DNA of 64,000 nucleotides from Schmidtea nova. Lineage: Eukaryota. The stretch is from contig CM097884.1 in NCBI GenBank assembly GCA_044892505.1, forward strand, positions 7,874,001 through 7,938,000, given 5' to 3'. The notes beneath the pieces are model-generated. The model saw only the letters and a program-made list of their open reading frames with translations. It had not been told where the DNA came from and searched no databases. Within the stretch, counting starts at the first letter, position 1, and the number at the start of each line of letters is the position of its first letter. Shown here piece by piece: positions 31,092-45,331 of the stretch. A program made the position numbers and the translations under genes.

Positions 31092-34000
31092 TAATGTGTT
31101 AAATAAATTTATTTGTTTTTTTTGTTGTAAAGTTTATAGCCCTTAATAATTTATACTAATCGCTGGATCTTTGGTTTAAATTTTTTCTAAGACAACTTAG
31201 ACATTGTGTGTAGTAAAATATCTTTGTTTTATAACACGAATTCCATTTCGTAATTCATATTTAATTATTATTGATTTCTTTTAAATTTTATTAAATCAAT
31301 ATTTAAAAATTAATTATTAATAATGCATAAATTAAACACACATATATTAATTCAGTAACTAATCAATTGACGCATTTAATAAATATTTGGAGTATATTCA
31401 TTTTAATCGAATTTCTTGTATTTATTGAGTAGATTATGGTTTTTCTTAGGAGTGCCATTTAATTGTAAATACTTAGATTTTGTCTTTCCTTTGTCTTCTG
31501 TGTCATAAACTTACCTCTATTTTTTATTGCGCCTCCTACTCACCCTTATATAGGTATTTTATTACTTAAAATTATTCTACCTGCTCGTTACGCCCGTGCT
31601 GCAGGCAGGTAGGGTAATTTGCCATGAAGGTCTCAAATCCCGAAGTTCGAGATCTGAATCCTTCAAGGCCTTTAACCACTTTATTTATTTTTTTTAATCA
31701 ATCTTCATTTTTAAATTTATATATAATTTTATACTTTTATTTATACATATTCATATTTATATTTCTGAGTCACTCCCGAATGGGTTTGTACTACAGATAT
31801 ATTTGTATTGAAATTACTATTATACTACTTCTATTATATATTTTATTGATTTATTATTTTGATTTTTTGATTAGTTTTAAATTTTGCTGATTATTGATTT
31901 TATTGTTTTAATTATTTTGCATTTTTTTACCTTGTTATTTATTAATTTTTTGTTTTACACAAATTTAATTAGATATTTTTTCCATTATTTTACACAAATT
32001 TTCGGGGTACTCAAAACAGAAAAAATTTAAGATAACTAAATTTTATTGTCTTTTCCTTGGATATAATTCGTCTCAGTGTATGAACTGTTGGAACTGGTCC
32101 TTAATATTCTAATGCGACGCAAGCCATTCCATTGGCTGCTCGCATTTTCTTATGCGATAATTAATGTCATTGTTTCCAGAATAGTTCTATAATTTTCTAA
32201 AATTTCTATAGTTCCTCTTAATACATGGATATCCCAATGCTCTTCTCCTTTTCGAACTAACAACTCAGACAATTTCATTTTCAACGTCCATTGCACCTTG
32301 ATCAGACACAATTTCATTTCTTCGTCGCTAGTTCTTATCCAATTTGGCACCTTTAGATTTTCTTTTACTATATTAATCTTCGTTCGGTTTCTTTTTACGC
32401 GAAAATAATTTTCGTATAGCTTTCCTTCTCGCTTGATTTCTTCCATTGTCTTCTTAAGTGTCCTAGTTTGATTTGAATAACATTTTTCTTAGTCAAAGCG
32501 TTTGAAAACAACCGTTTTGTCCACGCCTAAAATCCCATCCATCAGTGGTGTGTAATTATTATTTTAACCAATCAAATCACATTAAAATAATTTAAATTTT
32601 TTACCACTAAATTTTACAATGTAAGATTATTAATTGTTTATGAGTGCACAGTTAACTAAAGAAGGATGAAAGAAATAATACTCTATTGTCATTAATATGC
32701 AATAAAAAGTATCTTACTACTACATTGTCTCTAACCGCATTGATACTTGCGGCTCACATTAACTCCGATCAAACATAGGATAGTTCTTCTTTTTGTCAGT
32801 CTTTGAGATGATAATAATGTAAATGAGTAGAACACCACTTGGAATTGTCAAGATCGCGTATATGAAAAATATATCTACTCAATTGTCATTTGAAGAGTTT
32901 TTTCTACAGACTTTTGTTATTAATTGATTTCTACAGAGTTTTGTTATTAATTGATGAAAGAGTTAATGCTTGAGTCGACTTCTGATCATCCGTTTTTTTC
33001 TTTATGGAATTCATTGTTATGCAGATGAATGTATTTATTCTCAATGAATGTTACTTGCCATCGATCTAGATGAGTTTTCCTCCGGAGTATTGAATTTTTA
33101 TTAGTTATTTATTTGATGTTGGGTGGGTCTATTGATATCGAAGGTTGAAATTTGCTTTCAACTGGTATTCATCCAACACTGCCTGAATTTTATTATTTAC
33201 AAAAATATTTACCCTTTCTTGGAGCTTGTTTTCCGATAAACTGTTACTTCACCATTATAAGTTTCAATCTGAATCCGATTTGTTTCTTTGTGAAGGTATA
33301 TGGCTTCCTGTTGCTCCTTCACTTTAGACCATAGACTGTTTGTATAAGCTCCACTGTCACAAAGGAGTTTTCCATAATAGCATATTGAAGGACTAATATC
33401 TCAATTGTCTGGTCTTGAAGAATGATTATGATTTTCTGCTGTCCTTAGGATGTCCAATATATATACAAATCTTCTTTATCAATCGGTTCGATTTCGATGA
33501 AATTCCTCCACTCTTTTTCGCACATTTGAATTTGTATTAGATTTTACTCAAGCAATTTTTCTTTATAAAATCAAAACGGAATTTGACCCTTCGTACTTAA
33601 AAAAATTTGAAACTTCATTCATCTTTTTTTCTTCCCAAACGATCTCAAAAGATTTAATCAGTTAAATTCAAAATACATTGGGCATTTTTGTTGAATTCTG
33701 CTGCAAAATTTGGAATGTAATAAAATTTATTGTTCAATCATTTTTAATTTAAATAATAATAATAACTAAAATCATTTTGTCTTTCGAAGAGCTCTATTTC
33801 TTTAAATTAACATTTGACAGCATACTAATAGCTTCTCATCGGATTTAATTTCACTTCATTACAAATTTAGAATTCACTACTCACACCTGATAAGTAAATT
33901 CTATTATTTAATTCTCCATTTGACCCAATACGATTTCCACATTTGAAATAAATAACACTGACATAGACAACCACTGGAATGCAAATGTAATCCTTTATAA

Positions 34001-34162
34001 ATGAACTTAGGTACTCAAAATGATATCTTATTTCTTCTTTATGTTACTCTCGTAAAACTTTAACTGAATCTATATTAATTTAACAATCATATAATAAACA
34101 ATCAAATGTTTAAATCTTGCACCAATAATACATACATGGTTTTTGAGCTCTCTGCATTCATC

Positions 34163-34600
34163 TTAAGCTTCCATAACTTCAACCATAAATTTATTATCTT
34201 TCAAATTTTCTTTGTTTCTGGAACTTGACATCAACTCATTATTATAAATTGGTAATTTCATATGAACAGTATCCTGCGTGACGGTTATGAGTTCATATGA
34301 AATGGATTCACTGAAAATAATTGTGGAATGAGCATTACATGTTTTAAGATTCGATATTTTTAAAATAAATCGATTAGGGTTATCAAATACAAATTTCTTT
34401 TCTTTCACTGAAACAAATTGAGATAGGACCAAGCATTTATTAACAAAATAAATATTTTCATTTTTTGTAAAACAGCTCAATTCATACTGAATACTTTGAA
34501 AATCAACAACTTTATCATCTGACCAAAATTCATATTCTAAACTTCCGTTTTTTAATTTAAACCCCTTTTTTGTTAATAAACTTTTTCGATTATTTTTCAT
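34163..34600 (-). CDS. Uncharacterised ORF directly downstream of the gag-like ORF
   Basis: 145-aa ORF starting 18 nt after the gag-like stop, same strand; no recognised motif. Confidence 0.4.
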   Translation of the reverse strand: MKNNRKSLLTKKGFKLKNGSLEYEFWSDDKVVDFQSIQYELSCFTKNENIYFVNKCLVLSQFVSVKEKKFVFDNPNRFILKISNLKTCNAHSTIIFSESISYELITVTQDTVHMKLPIYNNELMSSSRNKENLKDNKFMVEVMEA

Positions 34601-34618
34601 AACAACATAAGAAAGGAT

Positions 34619-35242
34619 TCATTTCATTATCACAAGATTCATTAAGCAAGATTCATTGTAATTTTTAATAACTTTATTCTCAATTAATTGCTGTTCAACC
34701 TTTGAAACTTTTCTTATTAAATCAAATATATCATTAAACTCAATTACACAAGTTGTTTCTTTCAAAGTTTTATTAATATCATTAAAAAAGTTATTGATTA
34801 TAAAATTTTTAACATTGTTATTGTCAACTGAGTTTACTCCAAATGCCTTTTTAGCTAATGAAATTAATTTATACCCATAATCAAGAACAGGTTCATCATG
34901 TTTTTGTTTTCTTTCATAAAAATTTCTTCTCATAATTCTTTTAACTTCTTTGCATACCAATTTACCTTCCATCGCATCATTTAATTTTGTCCACTCATTT
35001 CCAATTTTCTTTTTGTCAATAATAGACCATGCATCACGAGCAACTCCAGTTAAGTATAACGGAAATCTCTGTATAATTTTTGCCTCTGTCCACCCATAAG
35101 CTGTAGCATATATATGATATTCATTCATAAAATCGAAAAATGAAAATGGATCTCCTCTGTATTGATCTATCGGTAATCTTTGAGAACTGACAACATCATA
35201 GCATTCTTTGTCAACATAAACTAATAAATCTTCACTATTCAT
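34619..35242 (-). CDS. Ty3/gypsy gag capsid-like protein
   Basis: YRGDP...YGWTEAKIIQRFPLYLTGVARDAW...RKQKHDEPVLDYGYKL retrotransposon-gag pattern; lies downstream of a PBS. Confidence 0.8.
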   Translation of the reverse strand: MNSEDLLVYVDKECYDVVSSQRLPIDQYRGDPFSFFDFMNEYHIYATAYGWTEAKIIQRFPLYLTGVARDAWSIIDKKKIGNEWTKLNDAMEGKLVCKEVKRIMRRNFYERKQKHDEPVLDYGYKLISLAKKAFGVNSVDNNNVKNFIINNFFNDINKTLKETTCVIEFNDIFDLIRKVSKVEQQLIENKVIKNYNESCLMNLVIMK

Positions 35243-35562
35243 AATGGATTCACTTTACTCTAACTTCATAAATTCATTATAAATTCATTTCAATAAATGA
35301 TTTTCTCAAATCGCACACAATCTAAATTCAAAATTATTACAACAATCAATAATTTACCTTGTCTCAATCTCGTTAAATGATTTCTCTTTATCACACTTTA
35401 TTTTCTCTTTTCAAAAAAAATTTTATTTCAATAATTCTCCACCAACTTTTATCTCGTCGGATATATCACAGTTACTTTTATTCAATAACCTTTTCACCAA
35501 CGTTTGATCACGTTGGGTTATTGCACAGATAATTGTATTCAATAATCTATTCACCAACTCGA

Positions 35563-35650
35563 ATCACGGCGGGCTCACCAATATGTTGGGTTATGGGTTG
35601 TTGGTGAAATGGTAAAAGTTACCAATCAAATATCTGTTGTGTTATCGAAC
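35563..35650 (-). promoter_or_regulatory. LTR 3' end (CCCAACA) followed by primer-binding site TGGTGAGCCCGCCG
   Basis: Minus strand reads ...ACCAACAACCCATAACCCAACA-TAT-TGGTGAGCCC; the LTR end resembles 46280-46329. Confidence 0.7.
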
Positions 35651-36994
35651 GTTTTGAATTTACCTCTTTTTATGTGTACACATTTTTTGATGCATTATAA
35701 CAAAAATTAATTTCACTTCTACCAGTTCAACATTATGGCGACCATAAACAAAATGGAGAAATAAAATTAATTAAAACTAAACAAAGATTAATTAAGTCAA
35801 CCAATCAAAATTAATTAATTGATCAGAACAAATTTAAAAGAAAATGATTAGTTTAAAAAACTGAAAGATGATTAAATGCGTGGGTGGGAATTGTGATTGG
35901 TTTAAATACCTTCGCCAACCACAAAACAACTATATAACGAGGGCTCAGCAAACATTCAGCATGCTATTTTTAGTGCAACTTTAACTGTCATTTTTAAGGA
36001 ATGTTTTGCTAAGTTAATTATAACAATTAAATTTTATGAAACCTTTTGAAAAAATTCGATTTGTAGAAAACAAATATTATTCAAATACAACTCCAAGATT
36101 TTTTTAATTTCTTATTTATGCGTATCCTCTCAAAATTCTGATACGCGTTAATTGGAACAATCTGAGGTTAATAGACTTCATTTCTCCATTTTGAAGTTCT
36201 GTTGAGGTAAACTGAATTACATCTCCGGTTGACCACGTTCTCCAAAGGGTCTGTGGAAGTTAAATTTGAGAAGACTGCAGCTTAAAATCGATCAATAAAA
36301 TGTAGTAAATAATTCCACATGACGTACCAATCTCTAAAATCATAAAACGAATATCTAAACTCCGAGAAATCATTGAATAGATGGTCAAATATACTTCTAG
36401 TAAATGCTGATAGGAAATTGTAAAAATGACACCGGCTGTCACATAATTTCGTCGAATAGAGTTTAGATGCACGAATGATTGAAGTGACTAGCTGCCAATA
36501 CAACAGATCTTATGACACATAATATTTACCTCAAAATCCAGACAAAATTTTCATTTTTATATGATACGATTTAAATCGAAAGCGAATCCATCTTACCGTA
36601 AGAGAAACCAATGGTCAGGTTATTTTACTATTTAGTTTTTTATTTCACATTTTTGCTGATAAATTAAAACTGCCCAATATATAACTGCCCTTCATTGGAA
36701 ACGGGATAATGTGGTGGTCAATAGTAAGGAGTCCGTTGCAAGGAGCTCTCTAAGCAAACATCCTTAAGAACTTGATCAATATCACCTTGGAGAAGATCCT
36801 TTCTGGTAATGAGATGTAGAGAACGGTTACCGTCGAGTCTATCACGGCACTCCCTATAATCCTTTTCGTTTGGGTATCACAAATGAATTTGTTCAATTCG
36901 TCACTGAGAAAGTAAAACCCACTGAGTTTCCTATCAGGGCCCATCCATAACCGAGTTTGTTGCATATACAAGGGAAAGGCAGCTGACTATGATC

Positions 36995-37480
36995 TCAACT
37001 ATGTGATATAAATTTAACGAAAAACCTATTATCACTCATGGATCGGCGCGTCCAGCTCCTATTGCTTTCTTCCTCATATACTAATGCGATCATTGAAGCT
37101 GATTGAGTGTACAATTGATTAATATCGGCAATACATCGACAAGTTATGTCACAGGACAGTTCGTGACCAAATTTGCATTCACATTGTGCAGCTTCCATTT
37201 GTGCATGAAATACTTGCGATCCGCAATCAGGAAACATTCTGGTCCTAACGCAACCGGTACTTTCAGTTATGCCAAATGATATTGTAGCTGAACTCTTTTT
37301 GTTCACATCATCTGGGACTTTTCTTTGTGTAGCAACTACACCACAATCATCATCTCGAACATCAACAGAAAGTAATCCATTCAACGCCATCGCTTTAAAT
37401 GCATAGTCATCCTGAAATAATCTGCCTTCGGCTGAAAAAATTGTCATATTATGATCAAACGCAATTGAATTTGAAGACAT
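36995..37480 (-). pseudogene. PSMA6: Proteasome subunit alpha-6-like degenerate intronless copy
   Basis: FDHNMTIFSAEGRLFQ..YAFKA...VATQRKVPD...IADINQLYTQ aligns by eye to [23 protein letters not shown]...IADISQVYTQ; many radical substitutions; C-terminus lost. Confidence 0.8.
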
Positions 37481-38032
37481 TTATTAATTCCCAAATGAAA
37501 ACGAAACAAAATCCAATTAATTCATTTAAAACCCAGTTATCCACAAATGCAATCAGATTCCAATAAATTCAATTCGAAATATATTTCATCACTTCAAAAC
37601 ATCATTGAAACCGAAACAACCAATTCCTGAAATTAAATCAAATAGTCCAGCTAAATCACTCAAAATAAGTTAATGTTTCCAATAATCCCAAATTAAAATT
37701 CCCCAAATAAAATTACAATTAATCCCAACAAACAAATCTATTCCAAAATTACACGAAGCAAATTAATCTTTTTAAAATCAAATTTAAATCCAAAGTTTCC
37801 AAAAAGTCCCCCAAAAATAAACTCATTAATACGGTAAAACAAACTCAATCAAGGTAAATGTTTTTAATTCATAATTTTCAAAATCTTCCTCGTATATATC
37901 GATCTCTAAAAACTCAGTCATTTGGTTCTCGCGTCTGTGTGCGCACCCGACTCAAACATCATCCTCCCTGTCACGCACACAGAGCGACGTAATCTGCTTT
38001 CCACATTTGAGAATTGATTAGTCAGTTTCAAT

Positions 38033-38497
38033 TCACGGCTTCAAAAGATCACAATTTATAGTGAATTCAAGTGAGTTGGAATTAATTGGCCAGGAGCAAT
38101 TCGTAAGAACCATGAATTGGCTGTTGCATGGCATCACAATATCCGTATTATCATTGAGGTAATCCGAAAATGTTTTATTCAACTGGGAGAATAATTGAAT
38201 GTCATTGAACATTCTTTGAAAGGGACGTGTATTCCAATCCACAGACACTTTTGATTTGATTGATCACGTTTTCCTCATTGTCTATCATCAAATTTTTTGA
38301 AAAGCATCTTTATCTTCGATATATTTGAAAAGAATGATGAAATTCATGACAGCCTTTTCAAATTCTTGATCGTTCATAGATTTGGCTTGCTTACGCAGTA
38401 AATTATCAGCATATCTATTGAGCAATTCAGCTAGCTTTGGAAGCTTCAAGTTTAAATTAGAAATCTTCTTTTTTGATACCCGGAGGAGGCGATACAT
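38033..38497 (-). pseudogene. Cullin gene fragment (cullin homology domain), degenerate
   Basis: ELLNRYADNLLRK...FKYIEDKDAFQK and QRMFNDI...VLTNCSWP are cullin motifs; no flanking exons found. Confidence 0.75.
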
Positions 38498-40028
38498 TTC
38501 GCATAGTCATACTAAACACGAAATATTGTAGTCATAAGATTTATATAGATTTCGATAAGACCGTCTAACAGCTTCCAGGCTCGCTCCACAATCTCTCACA
38601 GCGATCAAGCACCCAATTAATTATTTTAATTTTTATTTAATAATTTTTTTAAAATATTTTAAGAGCGGGTTGTGTAAAGAAAAAATGTTTATAGTGTAAA
38701 TTTTATGTTGCTCAGCTTGTGGGTCATTAATACTAGCAATTTTAAAAGATATAAAATAAGGGTACATATTTGAAAGAGTGAAAATAAACTAAGGAAACAG
38801 ACTAATTTACTATCAAATTGCAAAACTTTTAATTGTTTTTTGCTATCATAAAATTATTTACATAGGTATGAAGAGTACTGAGAAAAAGATACAGTTGTGT
38901 CGATGTGGAGAAACCGATGTGGCAACAAAGAACGTTAAGTTACCGAACGTTCAGAGAGAATTAGAGAATTAGAACCCCAACAAACTCATCAGCTGCTGAA
39001 ACCATTTCTAACATTTAAAACGGATCATATAAAAAACTTGAAGAAGAAAAGGAAGAACTAAAAGGACTAGTATGAAAACTAAAACAAACAAGATTGAAAG
39101 ATTTTAAGACGCAAGAAGTAATTCAACCTATCAGACTAATTTCAGAAATATTAGGATTAAAATGGATCGATAAGCTTAGTTCTAACCTCAAGGATCAACC
39201 GATAGTGAAAACTCCATCAGGCGGAAGAGAAGAAGACATAATAAAAAAACCTGATTCCTTTGGAAAAAGAAACCAAGAAACTAATGTGATCACCGTAAGG
39301 AGGAAAACGCTCTCAGTATATTTGACTATTTAATTGACTAATATTTGATGTTTAGAGTGGGTGATTTAGTGAAATAAATGTTTTTCATTTATATAGTCAA
39401 ATTAAAGGGCCCAAAAGGCTCAGTCATTGAATTAACACATCGAGGGTCTGTAAGACTTCATGTGAACAGACACAGAGATTATCCATTTTAGTTTACTCTC
39501 ACGATTAAAATAACGAAGCTTTTCGGATGAGTAAATCGTGCCTCTTATCAGCACAGTTGGATGATAAGCAGGGTACAGACACGATCAGATAAATAAGTAT
39601 TCCCAATTACACACGTATGGGTGTACATAGATGGAAATCGTTTGATGAACCATGGGAATCATTGTTCCATAACTGCAGTTACCATGAAAATGAAGGTTGA
39701 ACACCCATCGGTAATTCATCAGCTGTATATTTTATTTTTTGGTAATTTATTGTTAATAGATTTAAATAGAAGAGATCAGAATATTCCGCATAAATTCAAT
39801 AAGAAATATTTTCCTTTGTGTTGAAATAGACCTGATAGACGGATGAAGGTTAATAATGCCAAATTATAAACGATTAATTCAAAATACTTATCAAATCCAA
39901 ATTGAAATAATTTGATTAGTAAAAACATGTAGAAAATAACTTAAACTAGTTGACAATCGTTCGAAATGCAGATTCATTTAAACAATAAATTTATTATCTT
40001 TTATGAGTTGATAAAGTAGATTATTTAT

Positions 40029-40450
40029 TTTTGAGGATACCTAAATAATAAATAATATTATTAATAACTTGAATAACTTGGGGGAAAGCCGATTAGTGAT
40101 TGAGCTAGCATTCTGGAACTTGGAGAAGAAAACGGAAAAGCAAAAAATTAAGAAATGAGAAAAGGGTAACAAAAGAAAAGAAATAAAACAACAAAACAGA
40201 GAAAGTTCACTTATAATTAATAAGTGCAAGAAAACAAAATGGAATTCCAAAATTTTCAAACGATAACAAATCCGATATCTTGACTACTGTCAAAGATAAC
40301 ACGGGAACTGGGAAAACTTTGGGAAATGCCTGAGATAAAAAAGGAAAAATCAAATTATCCCGAGTGCCGAACGGGATAAAATAAATAAATTATTGCCGAA
40401 AAGGCAAAAAGTATTCTAAATGTTAAATCATAAAATAAATTTAGGAAATG
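40029..40450 (+). mobile_element. Partial LTR related to 45332-46329
   Basis: Shares TTGAGGATAC...GATTGAGCTAGCATTCTGGAACTTGGAGAAG...ACACGGGAACTGGGAAA with the 45332 copy. Confidence 0.7.
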
Positions 40451-40614
40451 CCGATTTAATCGACATTCCAGAGAAAAATTGATGAAAATAAATTTTAAAC
40501 AAATTTTTAATTAGGATTATTATTATAATTATTATTATAATTAATGATTATCATTATTAAGGTCACTATTATTTTCATTTGCTACTACTACTATTATCAC
40601 TTTTATTGATATTA

Positions 40615-40618
40615 ATAC

Positions 40619-40681
<63 letters not shown>

Positions 40682-40700
40682 CATTATTACTACTATTATT
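40615..40700. repeat. (ATT)n microsatellite
   Basis: Long TTA/ATT run. Confidence 0.9.
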
Positions 40701-41154
40701 ATTGTTATTATAACTTCTATTATTATAATCATTATGGTTACAATTTTTATTATTGTTATAATTGATGTAGTGCGGGAGCTGACAGCACAGCAAGCTAAAT
40801 ATTCAAAAAATAACCAAGTCGATGATTGCAAATTGCACAAAATATTATTAAAATCAATAAACTCTATCATATGATTCGGCCTGAAATTTGATATTGAATT
40901 GACATTGGTATTTGATTTGCTGAACCAATTGTGCTGGTTGAAAGGCATTTTCAGTGTAGTTGCTTAATTAATGAAGAAAGCATTGTGTATTAATATATTT
41001 ATTTAAATACAAATTTCAAAACTTGTTTTATATTTTAATTTTTTTTATTTAAACAAAATTAAAATTTTTAATTTAAATCGGAAGTACTACAATAGCCCCT
41101 GCCGAAGTACGCAGAGCGTATTACTATTATTGTTTAAATTAATATTGGTATTAT

Positions 41155-44100
41155 CATAGGCGATCTAGAAATAATTTATGGGAGGGGCACTTTACAACAA
41201 AAAATCTTTATATTATTATTTTAAGTATGTATTTGTAAAGAATTAATAAAATACAAAAGAAAATTTTTTTACAATAAAAACTGTTTTCGCCTATTTTTCA
41301 TCATTGAGAATCTGTCAATAACTTTTTCAATAGAAACTGTAATGTCGTGATGACAATGTAAAAGAGCTAAGCCAGTTAAGCGATCTTCTCCCATAGAATT
41401 TCTCAACCAGGTTTTCAGTCTTCGCAACATAGAAAAACTTCGCTCTGCTGTGGCGACAGAAATAGGAATAGTAAAAAAAATCTTCAGTAAGTTCAATACA
41501 TCAGGAAATGTGTCTAGAATATTTTCGTTTTTTAAAATATCATTTATAGTAACGTCATCCAGTTCATTGGCCGATTTCTGCAGCCATTTATTTCTCCACA
41601 GTTCAATTTGAGCAGCAATGTGTTTGTTGCCACATACACATAATTTTAAAATGTATTCGGATTCAATAAGCCTATTAAAAATGATTGATGTCTATAATGT
41701 TTTTTGGCATAAGCAGCGCGCAGTCCAAAATTTGAACACGTGAGGAGTTGAACCTTGTTTTTATATCAACTAATATTTCGTCCACCATTGGTATGAAAAT
41801 TGAAATTTTGTAGAATTCTTTAACAGAATCCGTCTCGTAATTATCGCGATGTTGCTGTTTTTTAGAAATTCTCGGCTTAATTAACTCAATATCAATTTTA
41901 ATTGCTGTACTTTCTATGTCCTTCCAAATATCATCGAAAATGTTATCAACATCATTTCTTTTTTCTGTCAAAATATTTATTAGACTTTTAATATTTTCGG
42001 AAACATCAAAATAATTATAAGTTTTTCTTTGAAAAATAATGCTCAACGGATATGTATAAGAAAAAAAACTACACAATGTAGTGAAACTATAATCTCCGTG
42101 CATAAAATTCCCTTTGAAAGTAAATCAGCTTTCATAGAAGCAGTTTGGTCTTCCCAATTACTAATTATACACAAAATTTCACAAATTTTTAATATTTCAT
42201 TTAAGAACAATTTTACGCTTTCGTGGCGTTCATTCCACCGAGTATCACATAATGGCTTTAATTTATGATTCATAATTTTCTTTACTAGAAAACTACGTTT
42301 GGATGACCCATTAATGAAATTTACTACTTCCGATATTTTGCCGAAGCAATTTCGGATTGCTGGTATTTCATTGACTCGGCTTATAGTTAAGTTTAAACTG
42401 TGGTTGAAACACGGAGCCCATATGCAATTTTTTTGCATGCCTTTGAATGTAAGCTACAGCACCACGTTTCTTGGAACTCATCACGCTACATCCATCAGTT
42501 CCTATGGAAACACATTTCGACAAATCTAAAGATAATTTGTTAGTGATAATATCACATACAACTTCACCAATTTTTTCGCCAGATAGTACTGGTTCAACAT
42601 TTTGACTTTCAAGTGAATATATGAATGAATATAAATCAATGAAACAAATATAATCTTCGTGAACAAAACCATCATGTAGATAACGAATTATCAAACTCAT
42701 TTGTGAGATATTCGAAATATCTGTTGTTTCATCGAATAATATTGAATAATATTTTGATTTTTTAACTTTTTCGATAATATAATGTGATATTTCCTCGCCA
42801 CAACACTTAATTAAATCATTTTGAATGGTTTTGGAAATGTATAATGCATTTTTTGCTGACTTTCAAGGTGAGATTTCAATCTTGGAGTACCACAATCTTG
42901 AGTATTGATTTAAAATTTCCAATATTGTGAATACTATTTTTTTCTGTATCAAATTCATTATTTTGAAATATTGAACCATCATCACGATGTCCTCGAAATG
43001 AAATGTTTTGGCGACCCAAAAAAATTACAGTTTCCACCATTTTTTTTAATATATTACGATTTTCTTTTATTTGGTGAACTCTGACTGAATCAATTATGTT
43101 GGGTATTTGTGATGTTTAGTCGGTGCTGTTAGTCTGACTCCTCGGTGTTCTTTAAATTTGATTCAATAAAATAACCCAACACAGAAGAATTTATTTGTAA
43201 CAATCACACTTTTTGACACACTAAGTCTCTTTAAAATTTCACAATAACTTTTATCACTGCTTCTCCGACTTCGCGTAGGGATAAGTCTCCCCAAGGAAGA
43301 TCTCCCTTTCTGGTACGCTGGAATAATAAATTTGGTTTGGAACTTTTCAAATATCGCTCTTAACTCCTCACTTGCTGAATTCACTTACTTTTGCTTCGAC
43401 CATTCTGGCAAACTTTAGTATTTGTCGTTCTCTTTTATATTGCTTCTGATGATTGGTTTCCCACTTCGCTACAGCTGTCAAATGGTAGTTTCCGATTTGA
43501 CGTTTTAATTTTCCATCTGTCGGTTACTCTCCGGGTTTCCTCCAAAGTTATTTTTCTCAGGAATTATTACCTGTCATATTGCTTGTCCGGGTTTCCCACA
43601 CTCTTCGGGTTCTCCATTGTCTCGGGTTTCCCATTAGCTCGGGCTTTCCATTAGCCAATTAATTCTTAATTAATATTTTAATTTGTTAATTCTTTTCTTC
43701 TGGGAACCCCCCCCATTAATTTTATATGTCAATATCTGAATTCGTCTCATCATTTGGCATCCTCCCATACCAATTTCCCCCTCTAAATCTTTATTTTTGA
43801 ATTTTATACATTTTTAATTAACGTTTGCATTTTAATTAATTATTTTTCCAAATTTCGTATTTTCTCGATTTGCACATAGTTTTTTGCTTTTTAATTTTAA
43901 TTTTCTATTTATTTAACAACCCCAACAATTATATTACAAATCTTTCTTGTTGGAGCGATATAATTATCTACGAAAGATTGTCTAGATAGCATTGACGTTT
44001 TATGATAACCGGCTTTAACATGATTATTTAATATGCCATTTTTCTCTCCTAAGAGTCTTTTAAAATTAGTTAAGGGCTTTCTTACAATAATATTCAAAGA

Positions 44101-45120
44101 ATTTCTCTGAACTTCCTCAGGTGCAAAAATAGCACAGTATACACAGAATAATCCCATTTTTGATTTAGACAGCACCAACCAAGGTTTAAACGCATTCAAG
44201 TGAGATTTGTTTTAAAATCGTTTTTTTGTTTTTCCGTTTTGGTTACTTTCGGAAAAGGGATATTCGAAATCATCTTCCGGTACCCAATGATTTACAAGTA
44301 AATCATATTTTTGTTTATCATCACTAATATTTTTTGCATTAAACGAACCAATATCATCACAAATAAGTTCATAATTGATTTGCATATTGCTACTTTCTGA
44401 TTCATTAAGTCTTTCACAATTCGTTTGGATTTGTATTCCGATTTTACTGGTATTACAATCATTTTCATCAACAGCAATAGCAGATTCAGCATTGTTTGAA
44501 TTTGAATTACTCTCTATATTACTTTTTTTTTGAAAAATAATAGTGTAGTGTTTTGTTTGGTCTTTTTGACATTCTGTTGGCTGGTTAACTTGATCTTTTT
44601 GATAAAAAAACATTTAGAAAAAAATAGTATTAATTTGAAAATATATAAAAATACGAAATACCTTTAATCTGATAAGTACAATTTGAATCCCTGAACTACT
44701 TTTAAAATGCTAAATCCAATTTGAATATTGAATAACAACGAGTACAATTAATCCAATTTGAATTACACCATAATTTGCATAATAATAAATGTATGTCAAT
44801 TGTCAATGAAATGTCAACTTGTCAATAACTTAACAGCCACTTTCTCGCTATAAACAATTTTTCAGTGGGTTATCTCGTTACGATTTTTAAGGAAAAGGCG
44901 AAACTTAATGGAAATTGGAAATCGTATTGTTTATCATTAAAATAATATTGAAAATATCCGAAAACTGTAGTGAAAAGTACATGAAAATTTCATAAAAAAT
45001 GAAAAGTACATAAATGAAAATTTCAACATTTAATGTTGTATACTAAAATAATTTAGTATCTCAGTTTTCAGGAGAGGGCACTAGCCCACGGTGCCCCCCC
45101 CCCCCTTAAACCAGCCAGTG
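41155..45120 (-). mobile_element. hAT transposon (ZMYM1/PRKRIR-like transposase), degenerate
   Basis: 8-bp TSD GGTATTAT (41147-41154 and 45121-45128); fragments LFCVYC, LGRQNISFRGHRDD, IGTDGCSVM, CFNHSLNL, TRWNERH, ATAERSFS.LRRLKTWLRNSMGEDRL. Confidence 0.88.
43097..43927. mobile_element. Solo LTR inserted in the hAT transposase
   Basis: TGTTGGG...CCCAACA termini, 4-bp TSD ATTA; near-identical to the copy starting at 50043. Confidence 0.88.
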
Positions 45121-45331
45121 GGTATTATTGTTATCAATTCAAGTATTAGTACAAAATTATTGTTATTTAATAAATAATTATGTCATAGGAAATTACAAAG
45201 CATTATTGTTACAATTATCGTTAAATTATATAATAATTTTACAAGGTATTTTTAAGGGATAAATTTGAAAACTTCACTGAGTAAAACTTAAATATTAAAT
45301 TCGAGGATCAATTTTTTAATGGGGGGAGATA

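Noticed and set aside
32150-33700. Fragmentary ORFs, possibly a decayed transposon
   Set aside because: No diagnostic motif or termini found.
40541-40948. Poly-Ile / poly-Asn ORFs
   Set aside because: Translations of the (ATT)n microsatellite.
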